Program-made: the position numbers and the translations under genes
Shown: one piece after another, positions 39,744 to 58,636 of the stretch
How the letters are laid out: every line of letters starts with the position of its first letter
Numbering within the stretch: the stretch's first letter is position 1
Origin: a bacterium
Lineage (GTDB): Bacteria; UBA8248
NCBI GenBank assembly: GCA_963692865.2
Contig: OY843592.1
Coordinates: forward strand, 1,536,001 to 1,600,000
Length of the DNA: 64,000 nucleotides
Reading direction: 5' to 3'
Notes under the pieces: model-generated
Database searches by the model: none
What the model saw: only the letters and a program-made list of their open reading frames with translations
Told to the model about the DNA's origin: nothing

Positions 39744-40511
39744 TTGAAACCGAAACCCGAATACGTCTGCGGGGCGCACAGCGTGCCGGCGGCTCTCGCG
39801 CGCGGGCCGGAGCGGGTGAGGCGGCTCCTGATCGCGGATGGCCGCCGGAGCCGCCGGGTGGCCGAGGCGGCCCGTCTCGCCGAGGCGCTGGGTATTCCCG
39901 TCGAGGCGCTCGACTCCAGCCGACTCTCGAAATTGGCCGCCACGGCGCAGCACCAAAACCTGGTGGCGGAAGTTCATCCCACCCCGCTGCTCCCGCTCGA
40001 TGCTCTCATGGAAGCCCAGCCGGAGTCGGCGCCGCCGATTCTTTTGCTCGACGGGGTGCAGGACCCGCGAAACTTCGGCGCCATCCTGAGGAGCGCCGCT
40101 GCCCTGGGGGCGGGCGGCGTCGTCTGGCCGAAGGATAACGCCGTGGGTCTCACGCCCGTCGCGACGAAGGCGGCCGCGGGCGCGCTGGAAGTCGTGCCCC
40201 TCGCGCGGGTGACGAATCTGGCCCGCGCCGTCTCGTCTCTGAAAGAGGCGGGCTACTGGGCGCTGGCGGCGGACGCAGAAGGAGAGAAGACCCTGGGCGT
40301 CGACGAACTGCCCCGGCCCTGTTGTCTGGTCATCGGGGCGGAGGGCAGGGGCGTGCGGCCGCTCGTGCTCAGGAGTTGCGACGCGCGCGTGCGTATCCCC
40401 ATCGAGGCGGACGCCGTATCTTCGCTGAACGCCTCCGTCGCCGCGGCCATCCTGCTCCACGGCCTCCGTGAGACTCACGTAGATAGGATATCTGGAGGTG
40501 AGAAGACGTGA
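39744..40511 (+). CDS. rlmB: 23S rRNA Gm2251 methyltransferase
   Basis: DPRNFGAILRSA, IGAEGRG, SLNASVA. Confidence 0.92.
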   Translation: MKPKPEYVCGAHSVPAALARGPERVRRLLIADGRRSRRVAEAARLAEALGIPVEALDSSRLSKLAATAQHQNLVAEVHPTPLLPLDALMEAQPESAPPILLLDGVQDPRNFGAILRSAAALGAGGVVWPKDNAVGLTPVATKAAAGALEVVPLARVTNLARAVSSLKEAGYWALAADAEGEKTLGVDELPRPCCLVIGAEGRGVRPLVLRSCDARVRIPIEADAVSSLNASVAAAILLHGLRETHVDRISGGEKT

Positions 40512-41371
40512 TTCAACCAACTGACTTTAACTTGAAAAGTCCGGCCGCAACCGAACCTTTGACTCGTTGGTTGATATCCAAAGCAACAAAAAGGGAGACA
40601 CTCACCTATGGAGAAGCAAGAGACCGTTTAGAAATAGAATGCGGTTTTGGCAGTATTGGCCAGGCATCGAAGATAGGGCCCATAGCGGAGGCAGCTCAGG
40701 AAAAAATACGCACACAAAACCCTTTAGCACCTGTCCTCAATGTGCTTCTTGTTCGAAAAGATACGAGAAAACCGGGCAGCGGTGCGCAAATACAGCTTTC
40801 CAAGCGCTTCCCCAGCAGGCGTTGGTTGAAGAAAAAGAATGCTCATGAACACCATCTTTGGGAACGTGTAGTTAATGAGGCGACTGAAGAGGTTTATGCT
40901 TATTCTGATTGGGAACGCCTCTATCAAAATGTCTACGAAAGAACTTATGAACCCGCTTTGTTCTACGCTGAGGAGGGAGCAAAGGGCGGTTTGCGACGTG
41001 GACGCGGGGGTGAGGGTAATAACCACAAAACTCTGCGATTATGGGTGAAGGGTAACCCGGGGCAGGTCGATAAGGAATTTCACAGTTTCAAAGCTCTGAC
41101 AGAAGTCGAACTCCTATCGGGAGACCGCGTCGACGGCGTGTTTTATGATAAGGGCAAAATTGTAGCCATAGAAGTCAAGTCCAGGGATTCGAATTGGGCC
41201 GATCTTCGGCGCGGCATTTACCAGTGCGTCAAATACAAGGCCGTCCTGCGCGCTCAAGACGACCGACTGCCCGTCGAATCATGGCTTGTTACCGAAACGG
41301 CGCTTGACGGCGATTTGAAAGCGCTCGCCAAAAAGCTGGGCGTTAAACATAAAAAAGTTTCACGATATTAG
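40508..41371 (+). CDS. Putative PD-(D/E)XK nuclease with N-terminal DNA-binding domain
   Basis: E...D(RVD)...EVK and QCVKY motifs; AT-richer codon use than its neighbours. Confidence 0.7.
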   Translation: MIQPTDFNLKSPAATEPLTRWLISKATKRETLTYGEARDRLEIECGFGSIGQASKIGPIAEAAQEKIRTQNPLAPVLNVLLVRKDTRKPGSGAQIQLSKRFPSRRWLKKKNAHEHHLWERVVNEATEEVYAYSDWERLYQNVYERTYEPALFYAEEGAKGGLRRGRGGEGNNHKTLRLWVKGNPGQVDKEFHSFKALTEVELLSGDRVDGVFYDKGKIVAIEVKSRDSNWADLRRGIYQCVKYKAVLRAQDDRLPVESWLVTETALDGDLKALAKKLGVKHKKVSRY

Positions 41372-41445
41372 AATGGGGGCAATTTTCCTGCGAACCCCAA
41401 TCGCGCGCTCCTTGCCTTTCGTTCTCGTAAGGAGGATAAGGGGGG

Positions 41446-41474
41446 TTGACAAGGCGAGCCGGTGGGCCTAATTT
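41446..41474 (+). promoter_or_regulatory. sigma70 promoter of the tRNA-tuf operon
   Basis: TTGACA-N17-TAATTT. Confidence 0.65.
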
Positions 41475-41489
41475 AACCCGCCTTTGCGG

Positions 41490-41565
41490 GCTGGCGTAGC
41501 TCAGCGGGTAGAGCAGCTGATTTGTAATCAGCAGGTCGGAGGTTCGAGTCCTCTCGCCAGCTCCA
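41490..41565 (+). tRNA. tRNA-Thr(UGU)
   Basis: Cloverleaf, anticodon loop tttgtaa, CCA end. Confidence 0.97.
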
Positions 41566-41730
41566 CGGCGGGACGCGCCTCCCGGACCTCGCCGGAGGAA
41601 TTCCCGGGGGAACTCCCCGCGTTTTCCCCATTCGGGCCTCGGTGGACATGGCGGCTTCGGGGAACGGATGGTTCCCTCGAAGTTTTTTTGATAGCCTTTG
41701 TGGTTGTTTTTGGGTAAATGACGGTTTTCG

Positions 41731-41815
41731 GGGGAGGTTCCCGAGTGGCCAAAGGGATCAGACTGTAAATCTGACGGCTCAGCCTTCGGAGGTTCGAATC
41801 CTCCCCTCCCCACCA
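41731..41815 (+). tRNA. tRNA-Tyr(GUA)
   Basis: Loop ctgtaaa, long variable arm, CCA end. Confidence 0.97.
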
Positions 41816-41862
41816 GCAGATGAATTGTCGAGACGACCAGGACGCGCGCTTTGGGTTCAGAG

Positions 41863-41938
41863 GCGGGAATAGCTCAGATGGTAGAGCATCAGCCTTCCAA
41901 GCTGAGGGTCGCGGGTTCGAGCCCCGTTTCCCGCTCCA
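41863..41938 (+). tRNA. tRNA-Gly(UCC)
   Basis: Loop cttccaa, CCA end. Confidence 0.97.
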
Positions 41939-42119
41939 GAATGATTCGAGGCTTTCGCCTTTTCTCGATATGAATTTTATTCGCGCGGATTTCGGCTCCC
42001 GGGGGTTGCTCCGGCCCGAATAAGCTGTATTATCCGCCCGGAACGAATGCCGGGGCGCAGGGTTCTCGGAGGTTGCTCCGGCTGAAACAAATGACGTTCG
42101 CGCGCCCGGGACGCAGCCG

Positions 42120-42195
42120 GCCCACGTAGCTCAGCCGGCAGAGCACTTCCTTGGTAAGGAAGAGGTCACCGGTTCAAGTCCGGTCGTGGGCTCCA
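42120..42195 (+). tRNA. tRNA-Thr(GGU)
   Basis: Loop ttggtaa, CCA end. Confidence 0.97.
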
Positions 42196-42434
42196 GGGCG
42201 GGCGGAATCCATTGAAATTTCGAGGGTCGTGCATTATTCTGCAAACCGCATGAAACGCCTTGGAATCCCTCGGGTTCGCATGGTTTCCCTTTGGCGATGG
42301 ACAAGGTTTCGCCCGAGCGGGTATAAAGGCGCGTTTTCCGGGAGCGGCAAGAAAGAAGGGAAATGGTTTTTCTGCTCCGGAAGATGTAATTTTTTGATTT
42401 TCCGTTAGTTTTCAATAGAAGGAGAGTTCAGGTC

Positions 42435-43613
42435 ATGGCGAAGGCGAAGTTTGAGCGCACGAAGCCGCACGTGAACGTAGGGACGATAGGACACGTGGAC
42501 CATGGGAAGACGACGTTGACGGCGGCGATCACGAAGCACCTCTCTGAGAAGGGGATGGCGGAGGAGGTCGGCTTCGACGAGATCGACAAGGCGCCGGAGG
42601 AGCGCGAGCGGGGTATCACGATAGCGACGGCGCACGTGGAGTACGAGACGGCGAACCGCCACTACGCGCACGTGGATTGTCCGGGCCATGCGGACTACGT
42701 GAAGAACATGATAACGGGCGCGGCGCAGATGGACGGGGCGATACTGGTTGTTTCTGCGGCGGACGGACCGATGCCGCAGACGCGCGAGCACATTCTTCTG
42801 GCCCGCCAGGTGGGGGTTCCCTACATCTGCGTGTATTTGAACAAGGTGGACATGGTGGACGACGAGGAGTTGCTGGAGTTGGTGGAGTTGGAGGTCCGCG
42901 AGTTGCTCTCGACGTACGAGTTTCCGGGCGACGACATACCTGTGGTTCCGGGTTCCGCGCTTAGGGCTCTGGAGGGGAGCGACACCTCGTCGATAGACGC
43001 TTTGATGGAGGCGGTGGACGGCTACATCCCGGAGCCGGTGCGGGACGTGGACAAGCCGTTCCTGATGCCGGTTGAGGACGTGTTCTCGATATCGGGCCGT
43101 GGCACGGTGGCGACGGGCCGGGTGGAGCGTGGGATCGTGAACGTGGGGGACGAGGTGGAGATCGTGGGCATCACGGACACGAGGAAGACGGTGGCGACGG
43201 GGGTTGAGATGTTCCGGAAGCTCCTGGATCAGGGCCAGGCGGGGGACAACGTTGGCGTGTTGCTGAGGGGCGTGAAGAAAGACGAGATAGAGCGGGGCCA
43301 GGTTCTGGCGGAGCCCGCATCGATCAAGCCGCACTTGAAGTTCAAGGGCGAGGTGTACATCCTGACGAAGGAGGAGGGGGGCCGCCACACGCCGTTTTTC
43401 AACGGTTACAGGCCGCAGTTTTATTTCCGAACGACGGACGTTACGGGATTGGTGACGCTGCCCGAGGGTCGTGAGATGGTGATGCCGGGGGACAACGTGT
43501 CTTTGGACGTTGAGTTGATCACGCCGATAGCGATGGAGCGGGAGCTTCGCTTCGCGATACGCGAAGGGGGCCGCACGGTGGGGGCCGGCGTCGTCACCGA
43601 GGTCGTCGAGTAG
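42435..43613 (+). CDS. tuf: Elongation factor Tu (copy 1)
   Basis: [18 protein letters not shown]. Confidence 0.99.
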   Translation: MAKAKFERTKPHVNVGTIGHVDHGKTTLTAAITKHLSEKGMAEEVGFDEIDKAPEERERGITIATAHVEYETANRHYAHVDCPGHADYVKNMITGAAQMDGAILVVSAADGPMPQTREHILLARQVGVPYICVYLNKVDMVDDEELLELVELEVRELLSTYEFPGDDIPVVPGSALRALEGSDTSSIDALMEAVDGYIPEPVRDVDKPFLMPVEDVFSISGRGTVATGRVERGIVNVGDEVEIVGITDTRKTVATGVEMFRKLLDQGQAGDNVGVLLRGVKKDEIERGQVLAEPASIKPHLKFKGEVYILTKEEGGRHTPFFNGYRPQFYFRTTDVTGLVTLPEGREMVMPGDNVSLDVELITPIAMERELRFAIREGGRTVGAGVVTEVVE

Positions 43614-43652
43614 AGCGGTTTAAGCGGTCGTTTCAGGACGTCAGGTTTTCAC

Positions 43653-43729
43653 AGGCCAGTGGCTCAATTTGGTAGAGCACCGGACTCCAAATCCGGCGGT
43701 TGGGGGTTCGAGTCCCTCCTGGCCTGCCA
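43653..43729 (+). tRNA. tRNA-Trp(CCA)
   Basis: Loop ctccaaa, CCA end, located before secE. Confidence 0.97.
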
Positions 43730-43789
43730 TGAACCCTGTGGCCGGTTCTTGGTTCGAGAGCGTCGGAAGCGGCTGCGGAGAGTGAATAG

Positions 43790-44005
43790 ATGAGTAACAA
43801 GGTGATGGGCTGGATTCATCAGGGGCGCGCTTTCCTGCGCGACGTGCAGAGCGAAGCGAAGCGCGTGACGTGGCTCGACATGCGCCAGACGGCGGCGCAG
43901 ACCGCCATGGCCCTCGTGTTCGTCTTCATCATTGCGATATATTTGGGACTCGTCGATCTGGCGTTGTCCAGGGCGGTCAGCTATTTCCTCAACTTCGGCT
44001 TCTAG
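43790..44005 (+). CDS. secE: Preprotein translocase subunit SecE
   Basis: EAKRVTW plus one TM; synteny. Confidence 0.93.
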   Translation: MSNKVMGWIHQGRAFLRDVQSEAKRVTWLDMRQTAAQTAMALVFVFIIAIYLGLVDLALSRAVSYFLNFGF

Positions 44006-44019
44006 GTCAGGATTCCGGC

Positions 44020-44547
44020 ATGTCCATGAACTGGTATGTGGTGCACACCTATTCGGGTTTTGAAAACAAGGTGAAACGCTCGATCGAAGAGCAGTTCCGC
44101 GGGGAAGAATACGAGGAGAAGCTCGGCGAAATCGTGGTTCCCACCGAGCAGGTGGTGAAGGTGAAGGGCGGGAAGAAGCGCACGAGTTCCCGAAAGTTCT
44201 TTCCCGGCTACATCCTGATCCGCATGGAATGCGACGAGGATACCTGGTACGTCGTCAAGAACACCCCGAAGGTGACGGGTTTTCTGGGCGGAACGGCTCC
44301 GAGTCCCCTCTCCGACGCCGAGATGGAGAACATCCTCAAGCAGATGAGCGGAGAGGCCGAGAAGCCCAAGCCCAAGATCGATTTCGAGAAAGGCGAGAAC
44401 ATCCGGGTGATAGACGGGCCTTTCGTGAACTTCACCGGCGAGATCGACGAGGTTCACGCCGACAGAGGAAAGCTCAAGGTCATGGTCAGCATCTTCGGTC
44501 GCGCGACGCCCGTGGAACTCGAGATGCTGCAGGTGGAGAAGGTGTAG
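44020..44547 (+). CDS. nusG: Transcription factor NusG
   Basis: WYVVHTYSGFE, FFPGY, KOW domain, SIFGRATPVEL. Confidence 0.98.
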   Translation: MSMNWYVVHTYSGFENKVKRSIEEQFRGEEYEEKLGEIVVPTEQVVKVKGGKKRTSSRKFFPGYILIRMECDEDTWYVVKNTPKVTGFLGGTAPSPLSDAEMENILKQMSGEAEKPKPKIDFEKGENIRVIDGPFVNFTGEIDEVHADRGKLKVMVSIFGRATPVELEMLQVEKV

Positions 44548-44650
44548 GGGAGAAAGAGCTCATCCGGGGCGCGCGGTTCGCCGCCGCCGGGAAACAGGAG
44601 AGACGCGAAGCCCGGGCGATATCCTGGTTTCGGTTTTTTGAGAGGGAGAA

Positions 44651-45076
44651 ATGGCGAAGGAAGCGGTTGGCATCATCAAACTTCAAATACCGGCCGGGCA
44701 GGCGAACCCCGCCCCGCCCGTCGGTCCCGCGCTCGGCCAGCAGGGCGTGAACATCATGGAGTTCTGCAAGGCCTTCAACGCGCAGACCCAGGGCAAGGAG
44801 GGCACGATCATACCGGTCGTGATCTCGGTGTACGCGGACAAGAGCTTCACCTTCATCATGAAGAGTCCGCCCGCCTCCGCGCTCCTCAAGCAAGCCGCCG
44901 CCCTGGCGAAGGGATCCTCCGAACCCGGGCGCGAGGGCGTGGGCAGCGTGACGCGCAGACAGCTCGAAGAAATAGCGGAGATCAAGAAAGAAGACCTGAA
45001 CAGCGCCGACCTCGAAGGGGCCGTCCGTATCATCGAGGGCACGGCCCGCAGCATGGGAATCGAGGTCAGCGGGTAG
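44651..45076 (+). CDS. rplK: 50S ribosomal protein L11
   Basis: [22 protein letters not shown]. Confidence 0.99.
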   Translation: MAKEAVGIIKLQIPAGQANPAPPVGPALGQQGVNIMEFCKAFNAQTQGKEGTIIPVVISVYADKSFTFIMKSPPASALLKQAAALAKGSSEPGREGVGSVTRRQLEEIAEIKKEDLNSADLEGAVRIIEGTARSMGIEVSG

Positions 45077-45091
45077 TTTTTATCGAACCTA

Positions 45092-45127
45092 GTGGGAGGC
45101 GTCCGCGCCGGGCGCCGCTCGAACCAC
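45092..45127 (+). promoter_or_regulatory. L1-binding leader (autogenous control)
   Basis: gtgggag...gaaccac rRNA-mimic hairpin immediately before the rplA RBS. Confidence 0.6.
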
Positions 45128-45144
45128 GAAGGAGGAGCCAGGAA

Positions 45145-45849
45145 ATGCCCAGACACGGCAAGAATTACAAACAAGCCAAGGAGCGGGTCGACAGGGAGAA
45201 GCTGCATCCGCTCTCAGAAGCCGTCGGCCTCGTGAAGGAGGTATCCTCGGCGAAATTCGACGAGACCGTCGAGATATCCGCCAAGCTCGGCGTCGACCCG
45301 CGCCATGCGGAGCAGATGGTGAGGGGCAGCGTCGTTCTGCCCAACGGCATCGGCAAGGAGGAGCGCGTCGTTGCGTTCGCCAAGGGCGAGAAGGTGGCCG
45401 AGGCCAAGGAGGCGGGCGCCGAATACGTGGGCGCGGACGATCTGGCCGAGAAGATTCAGGGCGGCTGGATGGAGTTCGACCGCGTGGTGGCGACGCCCGA
45501 CGTCATGAGCGTCGTGGGCAAGCTCGGGCGGCTGCTCGGGCCGCGCGGCATGATGCCCAACCCGAAATCCGGCACCGTCTCCTTCGACGTGGGCCGCATG
45601 GTTCGGGAGATCAAGGCGGGCAAGGTGGAATATCGCGTGGACAAGGCGGGCATCATTCACGCCCCGATCGGAAAGGTGAGTTTCGAGGAAAAGGCGCTCT
45701 CCGAGAACGTCTCGGCGGTCGTGGACGCGCTCGTTCGCGCGAAGCCCGCGGCGAGCAAGGGGGTGTACTTCAAGGGGCTCACCATCTCCAGCACGATGGG
45801 GCCCGGCGTGAAGGTCGACCACCAGTCTCTTCTCGCGGCGTTGAAATAA
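45145..45849 (+). CDS. rplA: 50S ribosomal protein L1
   Basis: [25 protein letters not shown]. Confidence 0.99.
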   Translation: MPRHGKNYKQAKERVDREKLHPLSEAVGLVKEVSSAKFDETVEISAKLGVDPRHAEQMVRGSVVLPNGIGKEERVVAFAKGEKVAEAKEAGAEYVGADDLAEKIQGGWMEFDRVVATPDVMSVVGKLGRLLGPRGMMPNPKSGTVSFDVGRMVREIKAGKVEYRVDKAGIIHAPIGKVSFEEKALSENVSAVVDALVRAKPAASKGVYFKGLTISSTMGPGVKVDHQSLLAALK

Positions 45850-45861
45850 GGAGGCCCTGAA

Positions 45862-46422
45862 ATGGCGACGGCAGTAGTGGAGAAAGGGAGGCTGGCGGCG
45901 GGCAAGGCGCCCCGCGCCGACAAGATCGAGGCGATAGAGGCGCTTCAGACCCGTTTCAACGAGAGTACTTCTTTGGTGCTGTTCGATTATCGCGGGCTGA
46001 GCGTCGCGCAGATGACGGCGCTCAGGCGGCAGACGCGCGAGGCCGGCGTCCGGCTCTCCGTCGTCAAGAATTCGCTCACCGAGCGCGCGGTCGCGGGCAC
46101 GGGTTTCGAGGAGTTGCGAGGAAGGCTGAACGGACCGATTTCCATCGTGACGACCGACGGCGACCCCGCGGCGCCCGCCAAGATACTAAAGGATTTCGTG
46201 AAGGAAGAATCCGCCGGCGAGATCAAGGGCGGGGTTCTGGACGGCAGGTTCCTCGAAACCGCCGATGTGGAATCGCTTGCGGACCTGCCTTCGCGCGATG
46301 CGCTGCTCTCCATGTTGCTCTCCGCACTGCAGGCCCCCGTGGCGGGTCTGCCGAGAGTTCTGAACGGCGTCGTTTCCCAGTTCATCAACGTCGTTGACGC
46401 CATTGCCAAAAAGAAAGAATAG
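45862..46422 (+). CDS. rplJ: 50S ribosomal protein L10
   Basis: DYRGLSV, VVKNSL, LADLPSR. Confidence 0.96.
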   Translation: MATAVVEKGRLAAGKAPRADKIEAIEALQTRFNESTSLVLFDYRGLSVAQMTALRRQTREAGVRLSVVKNSLTERAVAGTGFEELRGRLNGPISIVTTDGDPAAPAKILKDFVKEESAGEIKGGVLDGRFLETADVESLADLPSRDALLSMLLSALQAPVAGLPRVLNGVVSQFINVVDAIAKKKE

Positions 46423-46533
46423 GTGTAATATATCTGATTGCCCTGAGAAGGGGGGCAAACGGCGAAATTTCCCCAAATAAAATGGCCATGACCTGGCCGA
46501 TGGTCTATTGCGAATGCGAGGAAAGGGCGAATT

Positions 46534-46917
46534 GTGGCGACCAAAGAAGAAGTAATCGATTTCATTGAAAACATGACGGTGATGGAGTTGAGCGAATTCG
46601 TCAAGGAGCTCGAGGAGAAGTTCGGCGTGACCGCGGCCGCGCCCATGATGATGGCGGGAGCGGGAATGGCGGCGGGCGGCGACGCGGGCGAAGCGGCGGA
46701 GGAGAAGACCGAATTCACCGTCACCCTCAAAGCGTTTGGTTCGGAAAAAATCAAGGTCATCAAGACCGTCCGCGAACTGACCAGCCTTGGTCTCAAGGAG
46801 GCGAAAGACTTGGTGGAAAGCGCACCCCAAGCCGTCGTGGAGGCGGTTCCCAAGGAAGACGCCGATGCCGCCGCCGAAAAGCTCGAAGCGGTGGGCGCGG
46901 AGGTGGAAATCACATAG
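46534..46917 (+). CDS. rplL: 50S ribosomal protein L7/L12
   Basis: [21 protein letters not shown]. Confidence 0.99.
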   Translation: MATKEEVIDFIENMTVMELSEFVKELEEKFGVTAAAPMMMAGAGMAAGGDAGEAAEEKTEFTVTLKAFGSEKIKVIKTVRELTSLGLKEAKDLVESAPQAVVEAVPKEDADAAAEKLEAVGAEVEIT

Positions 46918-47011
46918 AGCTCACCCGGGATGCAGATGGCCTGATCCTCGCCGTTCGAGGCGGGGTCGGCGCTTTACTCGTATCGCCCCCACTTTCTTGA
47001 GGTGAGCCAAT

Positions 47012-51058
<4,047 letters not shown>

Positions 51059-51142
51059 ATTTGAATTTCCGAGCCTTTTTGTCCGGCGGTTCCATCCACC
51101 GCCGCCCAAGGGATGACGCATATACTCCCAAGGAGGGTTGAA

Positions 51143-55294
<4,152 letters not shown>

Positions 55295-55330
55295 ACCCTT
55301 GAAAATGTGTATTTTTTTGGACGCGCGAGG

Positions 55331-55358
55331 TTGACAAGAGCGCGTGTCGGGCTATAAT
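55331..55358 (+). promoter_or_regulatory. sigma70 promoter of the str operon
   Basis: TTGACA-N16-TATAAT. Confidence 0.8.
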
Positions 55359-55556
55359 CGCCGCTTCGTTGTCTGGAGTGCGCGGTTCTTGAAGTCGCAG
55401 GGCCTTATAAGTAATTGAAATAATTATGGATACTTGGCTGCCCCGTCTCGAGGCTCAGCCGAAGTCGAAATAAAAAGCCCCGAGATGAGGGCAAAGAACG
55501 CTTTGGTCTCGAAAGCGCAGGATTTTTCGGGGCGGTTTTCTCGTGATTCGGAGTGA

Positions 55557-55931
55557 ATGGTGCCGACGATCAGCCAACTGATACGCAAGGGACGCAAGCG
55601 GATTCAGACGAAGACCGACTCTCCGGCGCTGCGCAACTGTCCCCAGAAGCGCGGCGTGTGCGTGCGTGTCTACACGACGACGCCCAAGAAGCCGAACTCG
55701 GCGCTCCGGAAGGTCGCGCGCGTGCGCCTCACCAACGGAATGGAGGTGACCACCTACATCCCGGGAGAGGGCCACAACCTTCAGGAGCACTCCATCGTCT
55801 TGATTCGCGGCGGGCGCGTGAAGGATTTGCCGGGCATTCGCTATCACGTCGTCCGGGGGACGCTCGACAGCGTTGGCGTGGAAGCGCGCCGCAACGGGCG
55901 CTCCAAATACGGGGCGAAAAGGCCGAAATAA
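55557..55931 (+). CDS. rpsL: 30S ribosomal protein S12
   Basis: [18 protein letters not shown]. Confidence 0.99.
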   Translation: MVPTISQLIRKGRKRIQTKTDSPALRNCPQKRGVCVRVYTTTPKKPNSALRKVARVRLTNGMEVTTYIPGEGHNLQEHSIVLIRGGRVKDLPGIRYHVVRGTLDSVGVEARRNGRSKYGAKRPK

Positions 55932-55973
55932 GCGGCATTCTCGTTTGAGGTTCCGCAGGGAGATTCATTTTCC

Positions 55974-56441
55974 ATGGCGAGAAGAAAAAGGGCCACGAAA
56001 AGAACCGTTTTGCCGGATCCGAAGTTCAACGACCGGCTGGTGACCAAGTTCATCAACTCCTTGATGCTCAAGGGGAAGAAGAGCTTGGCGGAGCGCGTGT
56101 TCTACGGCGCGATGGACGTGGTGGAGGAGAAGATGAAGGAAGACCCCATCAAGGTGTTCAAACGCGCCATGGACAACGTGAAGCCCGCCCTCGAGGTGCG
56201 CTCCAGGCGCGTGGGCGGCGCCACCTATCAGGTGCCCGTGGAAGTGCGGCCCGACAGGCGCACGGCGCTGAGCATCCGCTGGATCATCCAGAACGCCCGA
56301 AGCCGGGACAGGAAGATAGCGAACGGCCTGGCCGCCGAGATCATGGACGCCGCGAACGACACGGGCGGCGCCGTTCGCCTGAGAGAGAACACGCACCGCA
56401 TGGCGGAGGCGAACAAGGCCTTTGCCCACTATCGTTGGTAG
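55974..56441 (+). CDS. rpsG: 30S ribosomal protein S7
   Basis: [24 protein letters not shown]. Confidence 0.99.
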   Translation: MARRKRATKRTVLPDPKFNDRLVTKFINSLMLKGKKSLAERVFYGAMDVVEEKMKEDPIKVFKRAMDNVKPALEVRSRRVGGATYQVPVEVRPDRRTALSIRWIIQNARSRDRKIANGLAAEIMDAANDTGGAVRLRENTHRMAEANKAFAHYRW

Positions 56442-56460
56442 GCCGAGGGAAGGATAGATC

Positions 56461-58566
56461 GTGCCCAGCGAAGCGCTCAGGAAAACGAGAAATATCGGCA
56501 TCATGGCGCACATCGACGCCGGCAAGACGACGACGACCGAGCGCGTCCTGTTCTACACGGGAAGAACCCACAAGATGGGCGAGGTGCACGACGGCGCGGC
56601 CACCATGGACTGGATGGCGCAAGAACAGGAGCGCGGCATCACCATCACGTCGGCGGCGACGCGCTGCGCCTGGAACGATCACGTCATCAACATCATCGAC
56701 ACGCCGGGCCACGTGGACTTCACGGCCGAGGTGGAGAGAAGCCTCCGCGTTCTCGACGGCGCGGTGGCGGTGTTCTGCGCCGTGGGCGGCGTGGAGCCGC
56801 AAAGCGAGACGGTCTGGCGCCAGGCGGAGAAATACGGCGTGCCGCGCCTCGTGTTCGTCAACAAGATGGACAGGACGGGCGCGGATTTCCAAAGAGTTGT
56901 GGAAGAGGTGAGGGAGCGTCTCGCCGCGAACCCGCTCGTGCTGCAGCTGCCGATAGGGTCGGAGGAGCACTTCGCCGGCATGGTGGATCTCGTGACCATG
57001 AAGGCGCGGGTGTTCGACGAACCGATGGGCGCATCCTACGAAGAGGCGGAAGTGCCCGAGGAGATGAGGGCGGAAGCCGATGACTTGAGAGAAAAGCTCT
57101 TCGACACGCTCTCGATGTTCGATGACTCGTTGATGGAGAAATATCTGGAGGGGGAGGAGATTTCTCCCGAGGAGGTCCGGGCCGCGATTCGACAGGGAAC
57201 GATCTGCGGCGAATTTGTTCCCGTCGTATGCGGCTCCGCGTTTAGGAACAAAGGCGTTCAGCTCCTGCTCGACGCCATCGTCGACTACCTCCCCTCTCCC
57301 CTCGATATCCCCCCCGTTCAAGCCGTTTTGTCAGATGAAGATTTGGAACTGGGCAGAAAGCCCGAAGAAAGAGCGCCCCTGGACGACGACCCGCTCTGCG
57401 CGCTGGCTTTCAAGGTCATGACGGACCCTTATGTGGGTCAACTGGTATTCATCCGTATATATTCCGGCGTGCTGAAGTCGGGTTCTTCCGTATTGAACAC
57501 GATCACCGGCAAGCAGGAGCGCGTAGGGCGTCTCATGCGAATGCACGCGAACAAGCGCGAGGAGATACAGGAGGCCCATGCAGGCGACATCGTCGCCGCC
57601 TTGGGCATCAAACAGGCCAAAACGGGCCACACCCTCTGCGCTCCATCCCACCCCATCCTCCTTGAAACGATCAACTTCCCCGAACCCGTTATTTCCATCG
57701 CCATCGAGCCGAAAACGAAATCGGATCAGGACAAACTCGGCAACGCCCTGGCGAGGCTCTCGGATGAGGACCCGACCTTCCGTGTGCGTTCGGACGAGGA
57801 AACGGCGCAGACCATCCTCTCCGGCATGGGTGAGTTGCACCTGGAGATATTGGTGGACAGGCTTTTCCGCGAATTCGCGCTGGAAGCCGGCGTGGGCAAG
57901 CCCCAGGTCGCCTATCGGGAGACGATTCGGGCCGAGGCCACCGCGCGCGGGCGTTTCGTGCGCCAGTCCGGCGGACGCGGGCAGTTCGGGGACGTGGAGA
58001 TCACCATCAGGCCGATCGCGCCCGGCGGCGGCTTTCAGTTCGTCAACAAGATTGTGGGCGGCGTGGTTCCCAGAGAATACATTCCGGCGGTCGAAAACGG
58101 CGTCAGGGAGGCCATGGAAAACGGAGTTTTGGCCGGATATCCGCTGCTCGATATCGAGGTCACGCTTTTCGACGGGTCGTTCCATCAGGTCGACAGTTCG
58201 GAGGTGGCCTTCAAAATCGCGGGCTCCATGGCCTTCCGGGAGGCGGCGAAGAAGGCGAAACCCGTTCTGCTCGAACCCATCATGGACATGGAAGTGGTGT
58301 GCCCCGCGGATTTTCTGGGCGACGTCATGGGAGACCTCACTTCCCGGCGCGGCCGAATCCGCGAGATGGAAGACAGGGCGGGCGCCAAGGTGGTGAACGC
58401 CTCCGTCCCGCTCTCGGAGATGTTCGGTTACGCCACCGACGTACGGTCGATGACCCAGGGCAGGGCGACCTATACGATGCAGTTCGGCCGCTATGAAGAA
58501 ATGCCGCGGCAGCTTGCCGAGGAATTGATGGCGAAGAACGTAGGCACTGCAGTCGAAACGGCATAG
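56461..58566 (+). CDS. fusA: Elongation factor G
   Basis: [26 protein letters not shown]. Confidence 0.99.
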   Translation: MPSEALRKTRNIGIMAHIDAGKTTTTERVLFYTGRTHKMGEVHDGAATMDWMAQEQERGITITSAATRCAWNDHVINIIDTPGHVDFTAEVERSLRVLDGAVAVFCAVGGVEPQSETVWRQAEKYGVPRLVFVNKMDRTGADFQRVVEEVRERLAANPLVLQLPIGSEEHFAGMVDLVTMKARVFDEPMGASYEEAEVPEEMRAEADDLREKLFDTLSMFDDSLMEKYLEGEEISPEEVRAAIRQGTICGEFVPVVCGSAFRNKGVQLLLDAIVDYLPSPLDIPPVQAVLSDEDLELGRKPEERAPLDDDPLCALAFKVMTDPYVGQLVFIRIYSGVLKSGSSVLNTITGKQERVGRLMRMHANKREEIQEAHAGDIVAALGIKQAKTGHTLCAPSHPILLETINFPEPVISIAIEPKTKSDQDKLGNALARLSDEDPTFRVRSDEETAQTILSGMGELHLEILVDRLFREFALEAGVGKPQVAYRETIRAEATARGRFVRQSGGRGQFGDVEITIRPIAPGGGFQFVNKIVGGVVPREYIPAVENGVREAMENGVLAGYPLLDIEVTLFDGSFHQVDSSEVAFKIAGSMAFREAAKKAKPVLLEPIMDMEVVCPADFLGDVMGDLTSRRGRIREMEDRAGAKVVNASVPLSEMFGYATDVRSMTQGRATYTMQFGRYEEMPRQLAEELMAKNVGTAVETA

Positions 58567-58636
58567 ACAGGTATTTCGGGAGAGGGCGCGCGCGAGCGGC
58601 CCTCTTTGATTATCCAATAGAAGGAGAGTTCAGGTC

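Noticed and set aside
43653-43729. UGA reassignment or suppressor tRNA explaining the OsmC in-frame TGA
   Set aside because: The anticodon is the normal CCA, and TGA ends several genes at their expected C-termini (ispF, cysS, TonB-like).
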